From assembly GCA_963770565.1 (NCBI GenBank), contig CAVYQE010000001.1, forward strand, positions 480,001 through 544,000: DNA of 64,000 bases. The letters run 5' to 3'. The notes beneath the pieces were generated by a model. It saw only the letters and a list, made by a program, of their open reading frames with translations. It searched no databases and was not told the origin of the DNA. This DNA comes from an uncultured Actinomycetota bacterium (GTDB taxonomy: Bacteria; Actinomycetota; Actinomycetes; JAFAQI01). The translations under genes and the position numbers were made by a program. Shown piece after piece: positions 9,844 through 21,019 of this stretch (its first letter is position 1; each line of letters starts with the position of its first letter).

Positions 9844-9846
9844 GTC

Positions 9847-10527
9847 TCAGCTGGCGAGGGAGCAGGATCGGCGCGGAGCGGCGCCCGGCTGTCCGGCGAC
9901 CGCCTCGTCGTAGCGGTCGAGGACGATCTCGGCCAGCAGCGGGTGGGCGCCGAGCGGAGCGGCGCGCACGGGCGAGCGGACGCCCGTGATGACGGCGGCG
10001 TAGCGGCCGGGACCGATCAGGTACGGCACGACCGCCTCGCCCGCCACCGTGGCGAGCGCCGGCTCGCCGGAGCCCGCGAACACCGCGCGGGCAGCAGCGC
10101 CGGTCAGCTGGGTGAGGGCGTGCGCGACCCGTCGTACGTCGTCGAGCGCGGCTTCGTCCGCGGATCCGGCGCCGACGACTGCGACGGAACGGCGCCCGTC
10201 CCAACCCGCCTCCCGCAACCGGTTGGCGAGCACGCGTGCGAGCCGCGGATCCGGTCCGATCGCGGCCGCGATCGTCGCCCCCGGCGCGCGGGACGGAATG
10301 TCGATGTGTGCGTGGTAGCCGTTGGTCAGCAGCGCCGGGACGACGACCGTGCCCGGGTCGGCGACATCAGCAAGGTCGGGCGGGCCGTGCTCGAGATAGC
10401 CGATCCGGACGTCGAGACCCGGGCGCGCGGACGCAACGGTCGACGCCAAGGTGGTGATGACCGCGTGGAACCCGGGGTCGGCGCTCCCGTGCGCAGCAAG
10501 CACGAGCGGCGCCGTGGCGCGCGTCAT
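9847..10527 (-). CDS. sirB: Sirohydrochlorin chelatase (SirB/CbiX family)
   Basis: LVLAAHGSAD, GYLEHGPP, GYHAHIDIP, PLGAHPLL; ATG at 10527 overlaps the cysH stop. Confidence 0.85.
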   Translation of the reverse strand: MTRATAPLVLAAHGSADPGFHAVITTLASTVASARPGLDVRIGYLEHGPPDLADVADPGTVVVPALLTNGYHAHIDIPSRAPGATIAAAIGPDPRLARVLANRLREAGWDGRRSVAVVGAGSADEAALDDVRRVAHALTQLTGAAARAVFAGSGEPALATVAGEAVVPYLIGPGRYAAVITGVRSPVRAAPLGAHPLLAEIVLDRYDEAVAGQPGAAPRRSCSLAS

Positions 10528-11294
10528 CCGTGCAGTCCGCACTCCACTTTCGGTAGTCCGAGCCATCGGCCGGTCCGGCCCTCCCCGCGATGGGTGCAGG
10601 GCGCGCAGCCGATCGAGCCGTAGCCCTCCGACATCAGCGGGTTGACCAGGATGTCGTTGTCGACGATGTAGCGCTGGACGTCGTCGTGGGTCCAGGTCGC
10701 GAGCGGGTTGACCTTCACCATCTGGTGCCGCTCGTCCCACTCGACCACGCCGACGTCGGACCGCGTGGTCGTCTCGTCGCGCCGGATCCCCGAGATCCAC
10801 GCGACGTACGGCGCAAGGGCCTTGGCGAGCGGTGCGACCTTGCGCATCGCGCAGCACAGGTCGGGGTCGCGGGCGAACAGGTCCTGGCCGAACGCGGCGT
10901 CCTGGCCGGCGACCGAAAGGTGCGGCCGGACCCGGACCAGCTCGATCGGCAAGGTGGCGTCGAGCGCATCCGCGGTGCCGATCGTCTCGGCGAAGTGATA
11001 GCCGGTGTCGAGGAACAGCACCCGGATACCCGGCCGGACCGCGGCGGCCATGTGCGCCACCACGCCGTCGGCCATCGAGGAGGTGACGACGAGGCGTTGG
11101 CCGAACCGGTCGACGGCCCAGCGCAGCACTTCCTCGGCGGTCGCGCCTTCCAGTGCCGCGCCGGCATGCGCCGCTAGATGGGCGAGGCCGTCAGAGCTGT
11201 CATACAGATCTTGAAGCACGGTGGCCTCGTCGTGCAGGAACGACAGCGACGGTGCCGTTTGCGACGCTGCTGCCGTGGCAGTTGTGGTAATCAC
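10524..11294 (-). CDS. cysH: APS/PAPS reductase (4Fe-4S type)
   Basis: FLDTGYHFAET, CCAMRKV, SIGCAPCT, ECGLH. Confidence 0.95.
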   Translation of the reverse strand: MITTTATAAASQTAPSLSFLHDEATVLQDLYDSSDGLAHLAAHAGAALEGATAEEVLRWAVDRFGQRLVVTSSMADGVVAHMAAAVRPGIRVLFLDTGYHFAETIGTADALDATLPIELVRVRPHLSVAGQDAAFGQDLFARDPDLCCAMRKVAPLAKALAPYVAWISGIRRDETTTRSDVGVVEWDERHQMVKVNPLATWTHDDVQRYIVDNDILVNPLMSEGYGSIGCAPCTHRGEGRTGRWLGLPKVECGLHG

Positions 11295-11336
11295 CCGATG
11301 TCCTCAAGGCAGTGGAAATGGTGCGGGCGCGTAGGT

Positions 11337-11417
11337 TCAACGCGCGCAACACACAGAGCTCTGAACGCGCTGCAGGTCGATGTGCAGGCGCGCTACCAGG
11401 AGCAGCTGCGAGGACAT
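11337..11417 (-). CDS. Cys-containing leader peptide (26 aa) upstream of cysH
   Basis: MSSQLLLVARLHIDLQRVQSSVCCAR matches the actinobacterial RxHIDLxRVxSxxCC leader-peptide pattern; a -10-like CAGACT lies just before the ATG, consistent with a leaderless transcript. Confidence 0.8.
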   Translation of the reverse strand: MSSQLLLVARLHIDLQRVQSSVCCAR

Positions 11418-11524
11418 ACAGGTAGTCTGCCATACGACGGGAAGGCCTGCCCAGCGCAGTGACCCCGTCCCGTCACGCGAGACAACGGCGTCTCCCTCCG
11501 CAGCCCGATCGGAAGCCTCGTCTG

Positions 11525-13168
11525 ATGCCACCACCACGCCGCAGCCCAGGCCAGGGCCAGTGGGCGCTCGGTCACCTCGAGCCGCTCACGCCTCAGGAGC
11601 GGATGAAAAAGGACGACGACGGCCTCAATGTCCGCGCCCGGATAGAGAACATCTACTCCAAGGCCGGTTTCGCCTCGATCGACCCTTCTGACCTGCGCGG
11701 GCGGATGCGCTGGTGGGGGCTCTACACCCAGCGCCGGCCCGGGATCGAGGGCGGCCGGACCGCGATCCTCGAGCCCGAGGAACTCGACGACGAGTACTTC
11801 ATGCTGCGGATCCGGATCCCCGGCGGGGCCATGACCAGCGAACAGCTGCGGGTCGTGGCCGGGATCGCGTCGGAGTTCGGCCGCGACTTCGCGGACGTCA
11901 CTGACCGGCAGAACATCCAGCTCCACTACATCCGGATCGAGGACGTGCCCGAGATCTGGCGGCGGCTGGAGGAGGTCGGGCTCAGCACCGGCGAGGCGTG
12001 CGGCGACACCCCGCGCAACATCCTTGGCTGCCCGCTGGCCGGCGTCGACGCCGACGAGGTCCTCGACGCCACCAAGGCGCTGGTCGAGATCAACGACCAC
12101 GCCCTCGGCAACACGGAGTTCTCCAACCTGCCGCGCAAGTACAAGACCGCGATCAGCGGCTGCCCGGTCCAGTGCACGGCGCACGAGATCAACTGCGTGT
12201 CGTTCGTCGGGGTCCGTCACGACGACGGCCGGGTCGGCTACGACCTGTGGGTCGGTGGCGGCCTTTCGACCAACCCCAAGCTCGCCCAGCGACTCGGGGT
12301 CTTCATCCCGCCCGGCGAGACCCTCGAAGCCTGGGTGGGGGTGACCCGGATCTTCCGCGACTACGGCTACCGGCGCTCGCGCAACCGGGCCCGGCTGAAG
12401 TTCCTGGTCGCCGACTGGGGTCCGGAGCGCTTCCGCGAGATGCTCGAAAGCGCCGAATACCTCGGCCACCGGCTCGAGGACGGGCCGGCGCCGGTCGAGC
12501 TGACCGGAGACCGCGACCATGTCGGCGTACGCCGGCAGAAGGACGGCCGCAACTACGTCGGTTTCGCCTTCCGAACCGGCCGGACCAGCGGCACGGAGCT
12601 CACCGCGATCGCGGACCTGGCGGACCAGCACGGCAGCGGCCGGGTCGCCGCGACGGTCGAGCAGAAGATGGTCATTCTCGACGTGGCGGACGACCAGGTC
12701 GAGGACCTGGTCGCGGCGCTCGAGGCGCGTGACATCGCGGTCCGGCCGTCGGCGTTCCGCCGCGGGATGATGGCCTGCACCGGGATCGAGTTCTGCAAGC
12801 TCGCGATCGTCGAGACCAAGGCCCGGGCGATCGACCTGTACGCCGAGCTCGACCGGCGGCTGCCGGACTTCGACACCCCGATCACGATCAACCTCAACGG
12901 CTGCCCGAACTCCTGTGCACGGTTCCAGGTGGGGGACATCGGGCTCAAGGGCATGATCGTCGACGACCGCGAGGGCTTCCAGGTGCACCTCGGGGGTGCG
13001 ATCGGGATGGATGCCGGGTTCGGCCGCAAGCTGCGCGGGTTGAAGGTCACCGCCGACGAGCTGCCCGACTACGTCGAGCGGGTGCTCCGCAACTACCTGG
13101 GGGATCGGACCGAGGGCGAGCGGTTTGCGACCTGGGTCCGGCGCGCCGACGAGGCCCTGGTCCAGTGA
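11525..13168 (+). CDS. sirA: Ferredoxin-dependent sulfite/nitrite reductase
   Basis: WWGLYTQR, LPRKYKTAISGC, CTGIEFCKLA and NGCPNSCAR siroheme/FeS motifs. Confidence 0.95.
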   Translation: MPPPRRSPGQGQWALGHLEPLTPQERMKKDDDGLNVRARIENIYSKAGFASIDPSDLRGRMRWWGLYTQRRPGIEGGRTAILEPEELDDEYFMLRIRIPGGAMTSEQLRVVAGIASEFGRDFADVTDRQNIQLHYIRIEDVPEIWRRLEEVGLSTGEACGDTPRNILGCPLAGVDADEVLDATKALVEINDHALGNTEFSNLPRKYKTAISGCPVQCTAHEINCVSFVGVRHDDGRVGYDLWVGGGLSTNPKLAQRLGVFIPPGETLEAWVGVTRIFRDYGYRRSRNRARLKFLVADWGPERFREMLESAEYLGHRLEDGPAPVELTGDRDHVGVRRQKDGRNYVGFAFRTGRTSGTELTAIADLADQHGSGRVAATVEQKMVILDVADDQVEDLVAALEARDIAVRPSAFRRGMMACTGIEFCKLAIVETKARAIDLYAELDRRLPDFDTPITINLNGCPNSCARFQVGDIGLKGMIVDDREGFQVHLGGAIGMDAGFGRKLRGLKVTADELPDYVERVLRNYLGDRTEGERFATWVRRADEALVQ

Positions 13169-13353
13169 CCCAGCGGGCCGTCCCGTTCTACTGCCCCTAC
13201 TGCGGTGACGAGGACCTGCAGCCTTACGCCGACCATCACGGCGCCTGGTGGTGCCAATCGTGCCGCCGGGCGTGGTCGCTGTCGATGATCGGCACCGGCA
13301 CCCCGAGCCAGATCGCGGCGCAGGTCGCCGACGACGCCGAATCGACCCGCTAG
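13165..13353 (+). CDS. Small Zn-ribbon protein conserved downstream of actinobacterial sirA
   Basis: PFYCPYCGDEDL...WWCQSCRR; GTGA overlap with sirA. Confidence 0.8.
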   Translation: MTQRAVPFYCPYCGDEDLQPYADHHGAWWCQSCRRAWSLSMIGTGTPSQIAAQVADDAESTR

Positions 13354-13454
13354 CGCGCTCGTGAGCGAGCTGGGCCGATTCCGGTAGGTCGGCCTATTGG
13401 CGAGGCCGGATGGATCTGCCACGATGCGCGCAACGGGCGTGAGTGAGGTGGCGG

Positions 13455-13943
13455 ATGAGCGGCGAGGCCGGCGAGTGCATCGCCGTCGTCGTATATCGGG
13501 AGAACGGCGTCTGGCAGTCGGGCGTCCTGCCGGATCGGGTCGGGAGCGATCTCGACGGTCTGATCCAGGTGCTGCGCCAGCAGCCGGCGGAGAACGTCGC
13601 GATCGCGCTGGTCAACGTCGCCGACGAGTTCTTCGTCGCGGTGCGGATGCGCGGCGACGACGTCCGCCTGATGTTGTCGGACGTGACCGCCGCCGTCGAG
13701 TGGGATCTCGCCCGCCAGGTGGTCGAGCGGCTCGGCATCGAGGCGCCGAGTGACGACGGCCTCGAGGAGGTGTGGCCGGTCGGCGACGTCGCGATCTTTG
13801 CCGATCTCGGACTCGACGAGATGGAGCTCAGCGCGATGCTGGGCGATCTCGACGCGTACGCCGACGAGATGCTGTTGTCAGTAGCGGACCGGCTCGGCTT
13901 CGCCGAGGTCTACGACCGCGCACTGGAGGCGCTTCCGCGTTGA
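13455..13943 (+). CDS. tRNA adenosine deaminase-associated protein (acidic)
   Basis: DEFFVAVR...RLMLSD...PVGDVAIFADLGL; upstream of tadA. Confidence 0.8.
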   Translation: MSGEAGECIAVVVYRENGVWQSGVLPDRVGSDLDGLIQVLRQQPAENVAIALVNVADEFFVAVRMRGDDVRLMLSDVTAAVEWDLARQVVERLGIEAPSDDGLEEVWPVGDVAIFADLGLDEMELSAMLGDLDAYADEMLLSVADRLGFAEVYDRALEALPR

Positions 13944-13980
13944 GTATTTTCAAGGTCGGTAACGACTTGAGGAGTGGCTC

Positions 13981-14508
13981 GTGACCTACGCCGCGGCGGC
14001 CCTTGCCCGCGTCGATGGCGCGTGGTTCGGCGACGAGCTCGACCTGGCGGACGTCGAGGATCTCGACGGCGTCGTCGAACTGCTTCGCGAGGTGGTCGGC
14101 GACGACGCCACCACCGCATTGCTCTTCGTCGAGGAAGACGATGAGTGGTTCGCCGTACTCCGGGTCGACTCCGACAACGAGCCGCGAGTGTTCGTCTCCG
14201 ACGCCAGGGTGATCGCGTCGAGCGACACTGCTGCGCTGTTCGCCGAGGCGGCGGTGGAGGTCAGCGTCGATGACGATGACGACGCGGACGAAGATGACGA
14301 GGCGGACGAGGAAGAAGACGCCGACGAAGGCACTCGCGCGGACGGCGACCCGACGGGCGACGCGACCCTGCTGGCCGATCTGGGCACGCCCGCACATCGG
14401 CTCCTGGAGCTGTGCGCCGAGGAAGGCCAGCTGCCTGCGGACGTCATCACGGCGCTCTGCGAGGCGGCCGGCTGCCTCGACGTGCTGGAGAAGCTTCGCG
14501 GCGTGTGA
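13981..14508 (+). CDS. Second tRNA adenosine deaminase-associated protein paralog
   Basis: DEWFAVLRVD...RVFVSD...PTGDATLLADLG; acidic tract; coupled to tadA. Confidence 0.75.
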   Translation: MTYAAAALARVDGAWFGDELDLADVEDLDGVVELLREVVGDDATTALLFVEEDDEWFAVLRVDSDNEPRVFVSDARVIASSDTAALFAEAAVEVSVDDDDDADEDDEADEEEDADEGTRADGDPTGDATLLADLGTPAHRLLELCAEEGQLPADVITALCEAAGCLDVLEKLRGV

Positions 14509-14960
14509 GTGCCGACGAGACGTCGATGCGCCTGGCGCTCGACGAGGCCCGGCAGGCGGAAGCCGCGGGCGAGGTCCCGATCGGTGCGGTCGTCGTCGAT
14601 GCCGGGGGCGAGGTCATCGGCGCGGGCCACAACCAGCGCGAGTCGAGCTCCGACCCGACCGCGCACGCCGAGGTGCTCGCGATTCGTGCGGCGGGCGCTC
14701 GGCTCGGCAGCTGGCGACTCGAGGGCTGCAACCTGTTCGTGACCCTGGAGCCCTGCACGATGTGTGCAGGTGCGATCGTGCTGGCCCGCCTCGACCGGCT
14801 GGTGTACGGCGCGATCGATCCCAAGGCCGGCGCGGTTGGCTCGCTGTGGGATGTGGTCCGGGACCGGCGGCTCAACCACCGGCCGGAGGTCGTGAGCGGC
14901 GTACTCGATGCCGAGTGCGGCGAGCTGCTGCGTGGGTGGTTCGACGCCAAGCGCGGGTAA
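14505..14960 (+). CDS. tadA: tRNA-specific adenosine deaminase
   Basis: EVPIGAV, DPTAHAEVLAIR, TLEPCTMC. Confidence 0.95.
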   Translation: MSADETSMRLALDEARQAEAAGEVPIGAVVVDAGGEVIGAGHNQRESSSDPTAHAEVLAIRAAGARLGSWRLEGCNLFVTLEPCTMCAGAIVLARLDRLVYGAIDPKAGAVGSLWDVVRDRRLNHRPEVVSGVLDAECGELLRGWFDAKRG

Positions 14961-15101
14961 CGAACTGGGCCGCCGGCCGTCGTCCTCCGAGGTTCACATG
15001 ACAGACGGTCGAGAAGACCGGCTCGACCCTGCCGGCTCGCGTAGGCCTAGTCAGTCCCGGCCGCCGTCCCAGGGATGAGCGCGAACGTCTAGCCTCGTGC
15101 C

Positions 15102-16133
15102 GTGAAGGCATTGGTCAAGGCAGCGGCCGAGCCCGGCTTGGTGTGGTCGGACGTGCCGGTCCCCGGGGTCGGCCGTGACGACGTACTGATCAAAGTGCTT
15201 CGCACCGGCGTCTGCGGGACGGACCTGCACATCTACTCCTGGGATCCCTGGGCGCAGTCGCATGTCCCTGTCCCGCTCGTGGTCGGCCACGAGTTCGTCG
15301 GCGTCATCGCCGAGATCGGCAACGACGTGCACGACCTTGCCGTCGGCGACTTGGTCAGCGGCGAGGGGCACCTGGTGTGCGGACGCTGCCGCAACTGCAT
15401 GGCCGGACGTCGGGTGGAATGCGCGCGGACCAAAGCTGTCGGCGTCAACCACCCCGGTTGCTTCGCCGAGTACATCGCGCTACCAGCGACCAATGTCTGG
15501 CGGCACCACGACGACATCGACCTCGACGTCGCGGCGATCTTCGACCCGTTCGGCAACGCGGTGCACACCGCGCTCGCCTTTCCGGTGCTCGGGGAGGACG
15601 TGCTCATCACCGGAGCCGGACCGATCGGCGTCATGGCCGCGCTCGTCGCCCGCCACGCCGGTGCGCGATTCGTTGTCATCACCGACGTCTCGGACTACCG
15701 CCTCGATCTGGCCCGGCGGCTCGGGGTGAGCCGAGCTGTCGACGTGCGCACCGAAACGCTGGACACGACGATGCGTTCCCTCGGCATGACCGAAGGGTTC
15801 GATGTCGGTCTGGAGATGTCCGGGCGCCCGGAGGCGTTGCGCTCGATGCTGGCGAGCATGCGCCACGGCGGGTCGATCGCCATGCTCGGCCTGCCCACCG
15901 AAGACTTCGGCATCGACTGGAACTATCTCGTCCTCAACATGATCACCATTCGCGGCATATATGGCCGGCGCATGTTCGAGACGTGGTACGAGATGGGCGT
16001 CCTCATCCAGTCCGGCCTCGACATCTCCCCCGTCATCACCCACCGGTTCGCGGCCGCCGATTTCGAGGCGGCTTTCAGCGTTGTCGGCGGTGGGCAGTGC
16101 GGCAAAGTCATCCTCGAATGGGGCGACCGCTGA
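15102..16133 (+). CDS. tdh: L-threonine 3-dehydrogenase
   Basis: [36 protein letters not shown]. Confidence 0.97.
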   Translation: MKALVKAAAEPGLVWSDVPVPGVGRDDVLIKVLRTGVCGTDLHIYSWDPWAQSHVPVPLVVGHEFVGVIAEIGNDVHDLAVGDLVSGEGHLVCGRCRNCMAGRRVECARTKAVGVNHPGCFAEYIALPATNVWRHHDDIDLDVAAIFDPFGNAVHTALAFPVLGEDVLITGAGPIGVMAALVARHAGARFVVITDVSDYRLDLARRLGVSRAVDVRTETLDTTMRSLGMTEGFDVGLEMSGRPEALRSMLASMRHGGSIAMLGLPTEDFGIDWNYLVLNMITIRGIYGRRMFETWYEMGVLIQSGLDISPVITHRFAAADFEAAFSVVGGGQCGKVILEWGDR

Positions 16134-16145
16134 CAGGAGGCTCAC

Positions 16146-17327
<1,182 letters not shown>

Positions 17328-17469
17328 TGCTCGGCTGGACCTGAGCAGCTGGTGACCAGTTACCGCCCGGTAGGTGACCTTGGTCTCTAGGATCGAGCAC
17401 CGGCGATGCGGGATCTTCGGGGATGGTCGGCTGGCGACCGCTGGTGATGGAGGCGATGCGGTGCCTGCG

Positions 17470-19101
17470 ATGAGCGTGTCCCCGACCCTGCGCCCGATCG
17501 AGGCGGTCGCCTCCGACCTGGGGCTGTCCGCCGATGACATCAGCGTGCACGGGCACTACCGCGCAAGGGTGCATCTCGACCTCCCGCAATCGGATCGACG
17601 CGGCCGCTATGTGCTGCTCACCGCGTCCACGCCGACCGCATCGGGCAGTGGCAAGACCGTGTCGGCGATCGGACTCGGCATGGGCTTGCGGCAGCTCGGT
17701 CACCGCAGCGTCGTGACACTTCGGGAGTCGGCCGTCGGGCCCACCTTCGGGATGAAGGGCGGCGGGGCGGGTGGTGGAGCTGCGCAAGTGTTGCCGCTCG
17801 AGGAGTGCCTGCTACGACTCACCGACACTCCGGCAGTCACCGCAGCCCACAACTTGCTGGCGGCCGTCGTCGATGACGCACTGCACCGCGGCACCGGCAT
17901 CGACCCGGCTGCCATCACCTGGCGGCGGGTCCTCGATGTCGATGACCGCGCCCTGCGGCACATCGTGGTCGGGCTCGGCGGAGCGGCCAACGGGCCGTCG
18001 CGCGAGACCGGCTTCGACATCACCGCCTCCAGCGAGGTCATGGCTCTGCTCGCGCTCAGCCGCGATCCCGCCGACCTGCGCGACCGGCTCAACGCCCTCG
18101 TAGTCGGGTGGGACCGCGAGGGCAAGCCCGTCACGGCGGGCGGGCTGGGCGCCGCCGGGGCGATGGCCGTGTTGCTGAGCGACTCCCTTCAACCAAACCT
18201 CATGCAGAGCAGCGAGGGGACCCCGGTCGTCGTACACACCGGCCCGTTCGGCAACCTGGCCGCCGGCAACTCGTCAGTCATTGGCGACCGATTGCTGTTG
18301 CCGAGAACCGACTACCTCGTCACGGAGGCCGGCTTCGCCGCAGACCTCGGCGCGGAGAAGTTCTTCGACATCAAGTGCCGCGCGTCCGGACTCGAGCCGG
18401 ACGCGGTCGTCCTCGTCACGAACGTCCCGTCGTTGCGCGCGCACGGAGGTGGCGAGCCACGCGAACCCGACGTAGCCGCAGTCGCGGCCGGCTGTGCGAA
18501 CCTGCGCCATCACGTGCGGGTGTTGCTCCGCTACGGCCGCCCGGTGGTCGTCGCGATCAACACCTTCCCCGATGACCAGCCCGATGAGACCGCTGTCGTG
18601 GTGGAGGCCGCGCTCGGCGCCGGCGCCGTTGCCGCCGTACCTCATCACGCTTTCACCCGAGGCGGTGCCGGTTGCGAGGACCTCGCTGCCGCCGTTGTCG
18701 GCGCGTGCGACGACGCACCCACGACGCCGATCACTCCCGTCTACGCCCTTGAGGCGAGCTATGAGGACAAGGTGCACGCCATCGCGACGGGGGTGTACGG
18801 CGCTGCTGATGTGGCGTGGTCTGCGAGCGCGCGGCGCGACCTCTCCCGGTTCGTCAATGCCGGGTACAACGGCCTGCCGGTATGCATGGCCAAGACACCG
18901 CTGTCCCTTTCGCACGACCCGACGCTGCTCGGCGCGCCAACCGGGTTCACGCTGCCGGTGCAGAGCGTCCGGCTAGCCGCAGGTGCCGGCTATCTGACGG
19001 TGCTGACCGGCGACATTATGACGATGCCGGGGTTACCTGCGCACCCGCGCCTGCTCGACATGGACGTCGACGCCAGCGGCGCCATCGTCGGTTTGGTCTG
19101 A
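17470..19101 (+). CDS. fhs: Formate--tetrahydrofolate ligase (divergent)
   Basis: GPTFGMKGGGAGGG, GFDITASSEVMA, HTGPFGN, TEAGFAADLGAEKFFDIKCR, MTMPGLP. Confidence 0.9.
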   Translation: MSVSPTLRPIEAVASDLGLSADDISVHGHYRARVHLDLPQSDRRGRYVLLTASTPTASGSGKTVSAIGLGMGLRQLGHRSVVTLRESAVGPTFGMKGGGAGGGAAQVLPLEECLLRLTDTPAVTAAHNLLAAVVDDALHRGTGIDPAAITWRRVLDVDDRALRHIVVGLGGAANGPSRETGFDITASSEVMALLALSRDPADLRDRLNALVVGWDREGKPVTAGGLGAAGAMAVLLSDSLQPNLMQSSEGTPVVVHTGPFGNLAAGNSSVIGDRLLLPRTDYLVTEAGFAADLGAEKFFDIKCRASGLEPDAVVLVTNVPSLRAHGGGEPREPDVAAVAAGCANLRHHVRVLLRYGRPVVVAINTFPDDQPDETAVVVEAALGAGAVAAVPHHAFTRGGAGCEDLAAAVVGACDDAPTTPITPVYALEASYEDKVHAIATGVYGAADVAWSASARRDLSRFVNAGYNGLPVCMAKTPLSLSHDPTLLGAPTGFTLPVQSVRLAAGAGYLTVLTGDIMTMPGLPAHPRLLDMDVDASGAIVGLV

Positions 19102-19139
19102 GCTGTTGGCGGGTCCAGCGCTCGGCTAGGCTCGACGAC

Positions 19140-19229
19140 GGTGGAGTGTCCGAGCGGTCGAAGGAGCACGCCTCGAAAGCGTGTGAGGGGGCAACTCCTC
19201 CGTGGGTTCAAATCCCACCTCCACCGCCA
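19140..19229 (+). tRNA. tRNA-Ser(CGA)
   Basis: GGTGGAG...CACGC-CT-CGA-AA-GCGTG, long variable arm, GGTTCAAATCC, CTCCACC-G-CCA. Confidence 0.97.
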
Positions 19230-19307
19230 AGTGCTCGGCCGCTGACCTGGGGTTTTGCGGCTGCGCGGCCTGAAGGCGTCTTCAGTTGCGGTCCCTACAC
19301 TCCGAGC

Positions 19308-20918
19308 GTGGCGGTCCTGACGCGCGCCGGCCCATTGGGTCGCGACAACGCACCTGAAGTAGCTGGCGCAGCCGCTTCGCTGATCGTCGCGATCGTGTTG
19401 TTCACGCGATTCTCGCTGGCTGACTCGCTGGGCCGCGACGAGGCGATCTACGCGTACGGCGGGCAACGGATGGCGCACGGGGTCCCGCCCTACACCAGCA
19501 TCTTCGACCCGAAGACCCCGATGGCGACGCTGGTGTCGGGGGTCGCTGCGGGCCTCGCGCGACTGACCGGACGTAACGAGCTGGCCGCCATCCGGCTCGC
19601 TTTCTTCCTGATCGCCCTGCTGATGGTCCTGGCGATCTACGTGCTCGCCCTGCGGCTCTGGCACTCGGTTGCCGGCGCCGTGATCGGCGCGGTCGTGTTC
19701 GCGAGCTTCAACCTCATCGCCAGCGATGCTCTCGGCGGTCCGGACGCCAAGGCGCCGGGCATCCTCGCCGCGATCCTCACGATGTGGCTGGTCATTGAGC
19801 GACGCTGGTTCTGGGCGGCGTTCGCCGGCGCGGCCGCGTTCCTGAGCTGGCAGCCGTTGGTCATCTACCCGGTCATGGTCGGTGTGATCGTTCTGGTCGA
19901 GGCGATCAAGAAGCGGGAGTGGCGGACATTCGCGAACATGCTGGCCGGCACGGCGTTGCCGTTCGTCGTAGTGACGATCTACTTCGCGGCCACCCAGGGG
20001 CTCGGCAACTTCTGGGTGTCGGCCTTCGAGTTTCCGGCGACCGGGATCGTTCGCCCGCCGTACGTCTTCAGCGCCCACATGCGGCGCATCTTCGACACCG
20101 TCACCGATGCGTACGGATTCAGCGGGGCGCTGCTGTGGGCAGGTGACCTGATCCTGCTGGGGCTGATCGTCACTTACCTGATTCGCCACCGTGACAACCT
20201 GCGTGGCGCGGTCCGTAACCCGCTGGTCTGCATCGTTCTGGTCACGATGCTGGCCGAGTTGGGCTACGCGATCTATGACTTCGAGGGTCCACCCGACGTC
20301 TACCCGTTCCTGGCGTATCCGCCGCTCGGGTTCGCCGGGCTCACGGCGCTCGCGGTCAGATCGGTCGCCTCGACCACGCGCCGCCGGGTGGCGACCGGGT
20401 CGGCGCTCACCGCGGCGGCGGTTCTTGCCGGCTTCTCCTTCGTGTGGTTCAAGGACAGCCCGATCCACGACGGCGGTCTGCGCGCCCAGCAGGCCGACGC
20501 CTGTGCCGTCGACCGAATCCTCGGCGCCGGATCGGGCTTGTACTCGGTCGGCGATCCGATCCCGCTCGTCATGACCCAGCGAGTGAACCCCGATCGATTC
20601 ATCTACCTGCTCGAGAGCGTCGACCGGTGGAAGATCGACCACACGCCGGGCGGGTTTGCGGGATGGACCCGCCAGATCCAGGCCGCCGATCCTTCTGTGC
20701 TCATTGTCGAGAAGTTCCCGAGCCGGTACCAGGACGAGATGAGGGCCTGGGCCAAGTCCGATGGATACCAAGCGCGCTTCGCGGGTCACTGGCACCTGTT
20801 CCTGCGGCCCGCGACGGTCCGGCAGGCGGCGCAGCGCGGAGTGGCACTGACCGCAGGTCCGACGGCGTACGCCACCGGGGTCGACGGTCGGGAACTGCCG
20901 ATCGGCGGATGCCAATGA
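19308..20918 (+). CDS. GT-C fold multi-TM glycosyltransferase (DolP-mannose/ArnT-like)
   Basis: RDEAIYAYGG...PPYTSIFDPKTP loop after TM1 and many TM helices; start uncertain. Confidence 0.75.
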   Translation: MAVLTRAGPLGRDNAPEVAGAAASLIVAIVLFTRFSLADSLGRDEAIYAYGGQRMAHGVPPYTSIFDPKTPMATLVSGVAAGLARLTGRNELAAIRLAFFLIALLMVLAIYVLALRLWHSVAGAVIGAVVFASFNLIASDALGGPDAKAPGILAAILTMWLVIERRWFWAAFAGAAAFLSWQPLVIYPVMVGVIVLVEAIKKREWRTFANMLAGTALPFVVVTIYFAATQGLGNFWVSAFEFPATGIVRPPYVFSAHMRRIFDTVTDAYGFSGALLWAGDLILLGLIVTYLIRHRDNLRGAVRNPLVCIVLVTMLAELGYAIYDFEGPPDVYPFLAYPPLGFAGLTALAVRSVASTTRRRVATGSALTAAAVLAGFSFVWFKDSPIHDGGLRAQQADACAVDRILGAGSGLYSVGDPIPLVMTQRVNPDRFIYLLESVDRWKIDHTPGGFAGWTRQIQAADPSVLIVEKFPSRYQDEMRAWAKSDGYQARFAGHWHLFLRPATVRQAAQRGVALTAGPTAYATGVDGRELPIGGCQ

Positions 20919-21019
20919 GCGAGCGGCTGCAGTCCGTCGGGTCAGGTACCGTCGTATCAAAGGCAGCGCCAGGGGGCGAGGCGTCCGCCCCGTCGACCCC
21001 CTGGACGGTAAGGCCATGA
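20915..21019 (+). other. MIRU-like mini-ORF (34 aa) coupling both neighbours by ATGA overlaps
   Basis: ATG 20915 overlaps the upstream TGA; its TGA overlaps ATG 21016; internal CCAGGGGG...CCCCCTGG inverted repeat. Confidence 0.55.

Noticed and set aside
17328-17469. ZTP (pfl) riboswitch upstream of fhs
   Set aside because: Only a loose CTGGCG match; the GGGGAGC and CGCCTGGG elements were not found.
18990-21017. Long antisense or alternate-frame ORFs (e.g. 675 aa here, 531 aa at 11393-12988)
   Set aside because: Shadow ORFs expected in high-GC DNA opposite well-supported genes; no recognisable motifs.
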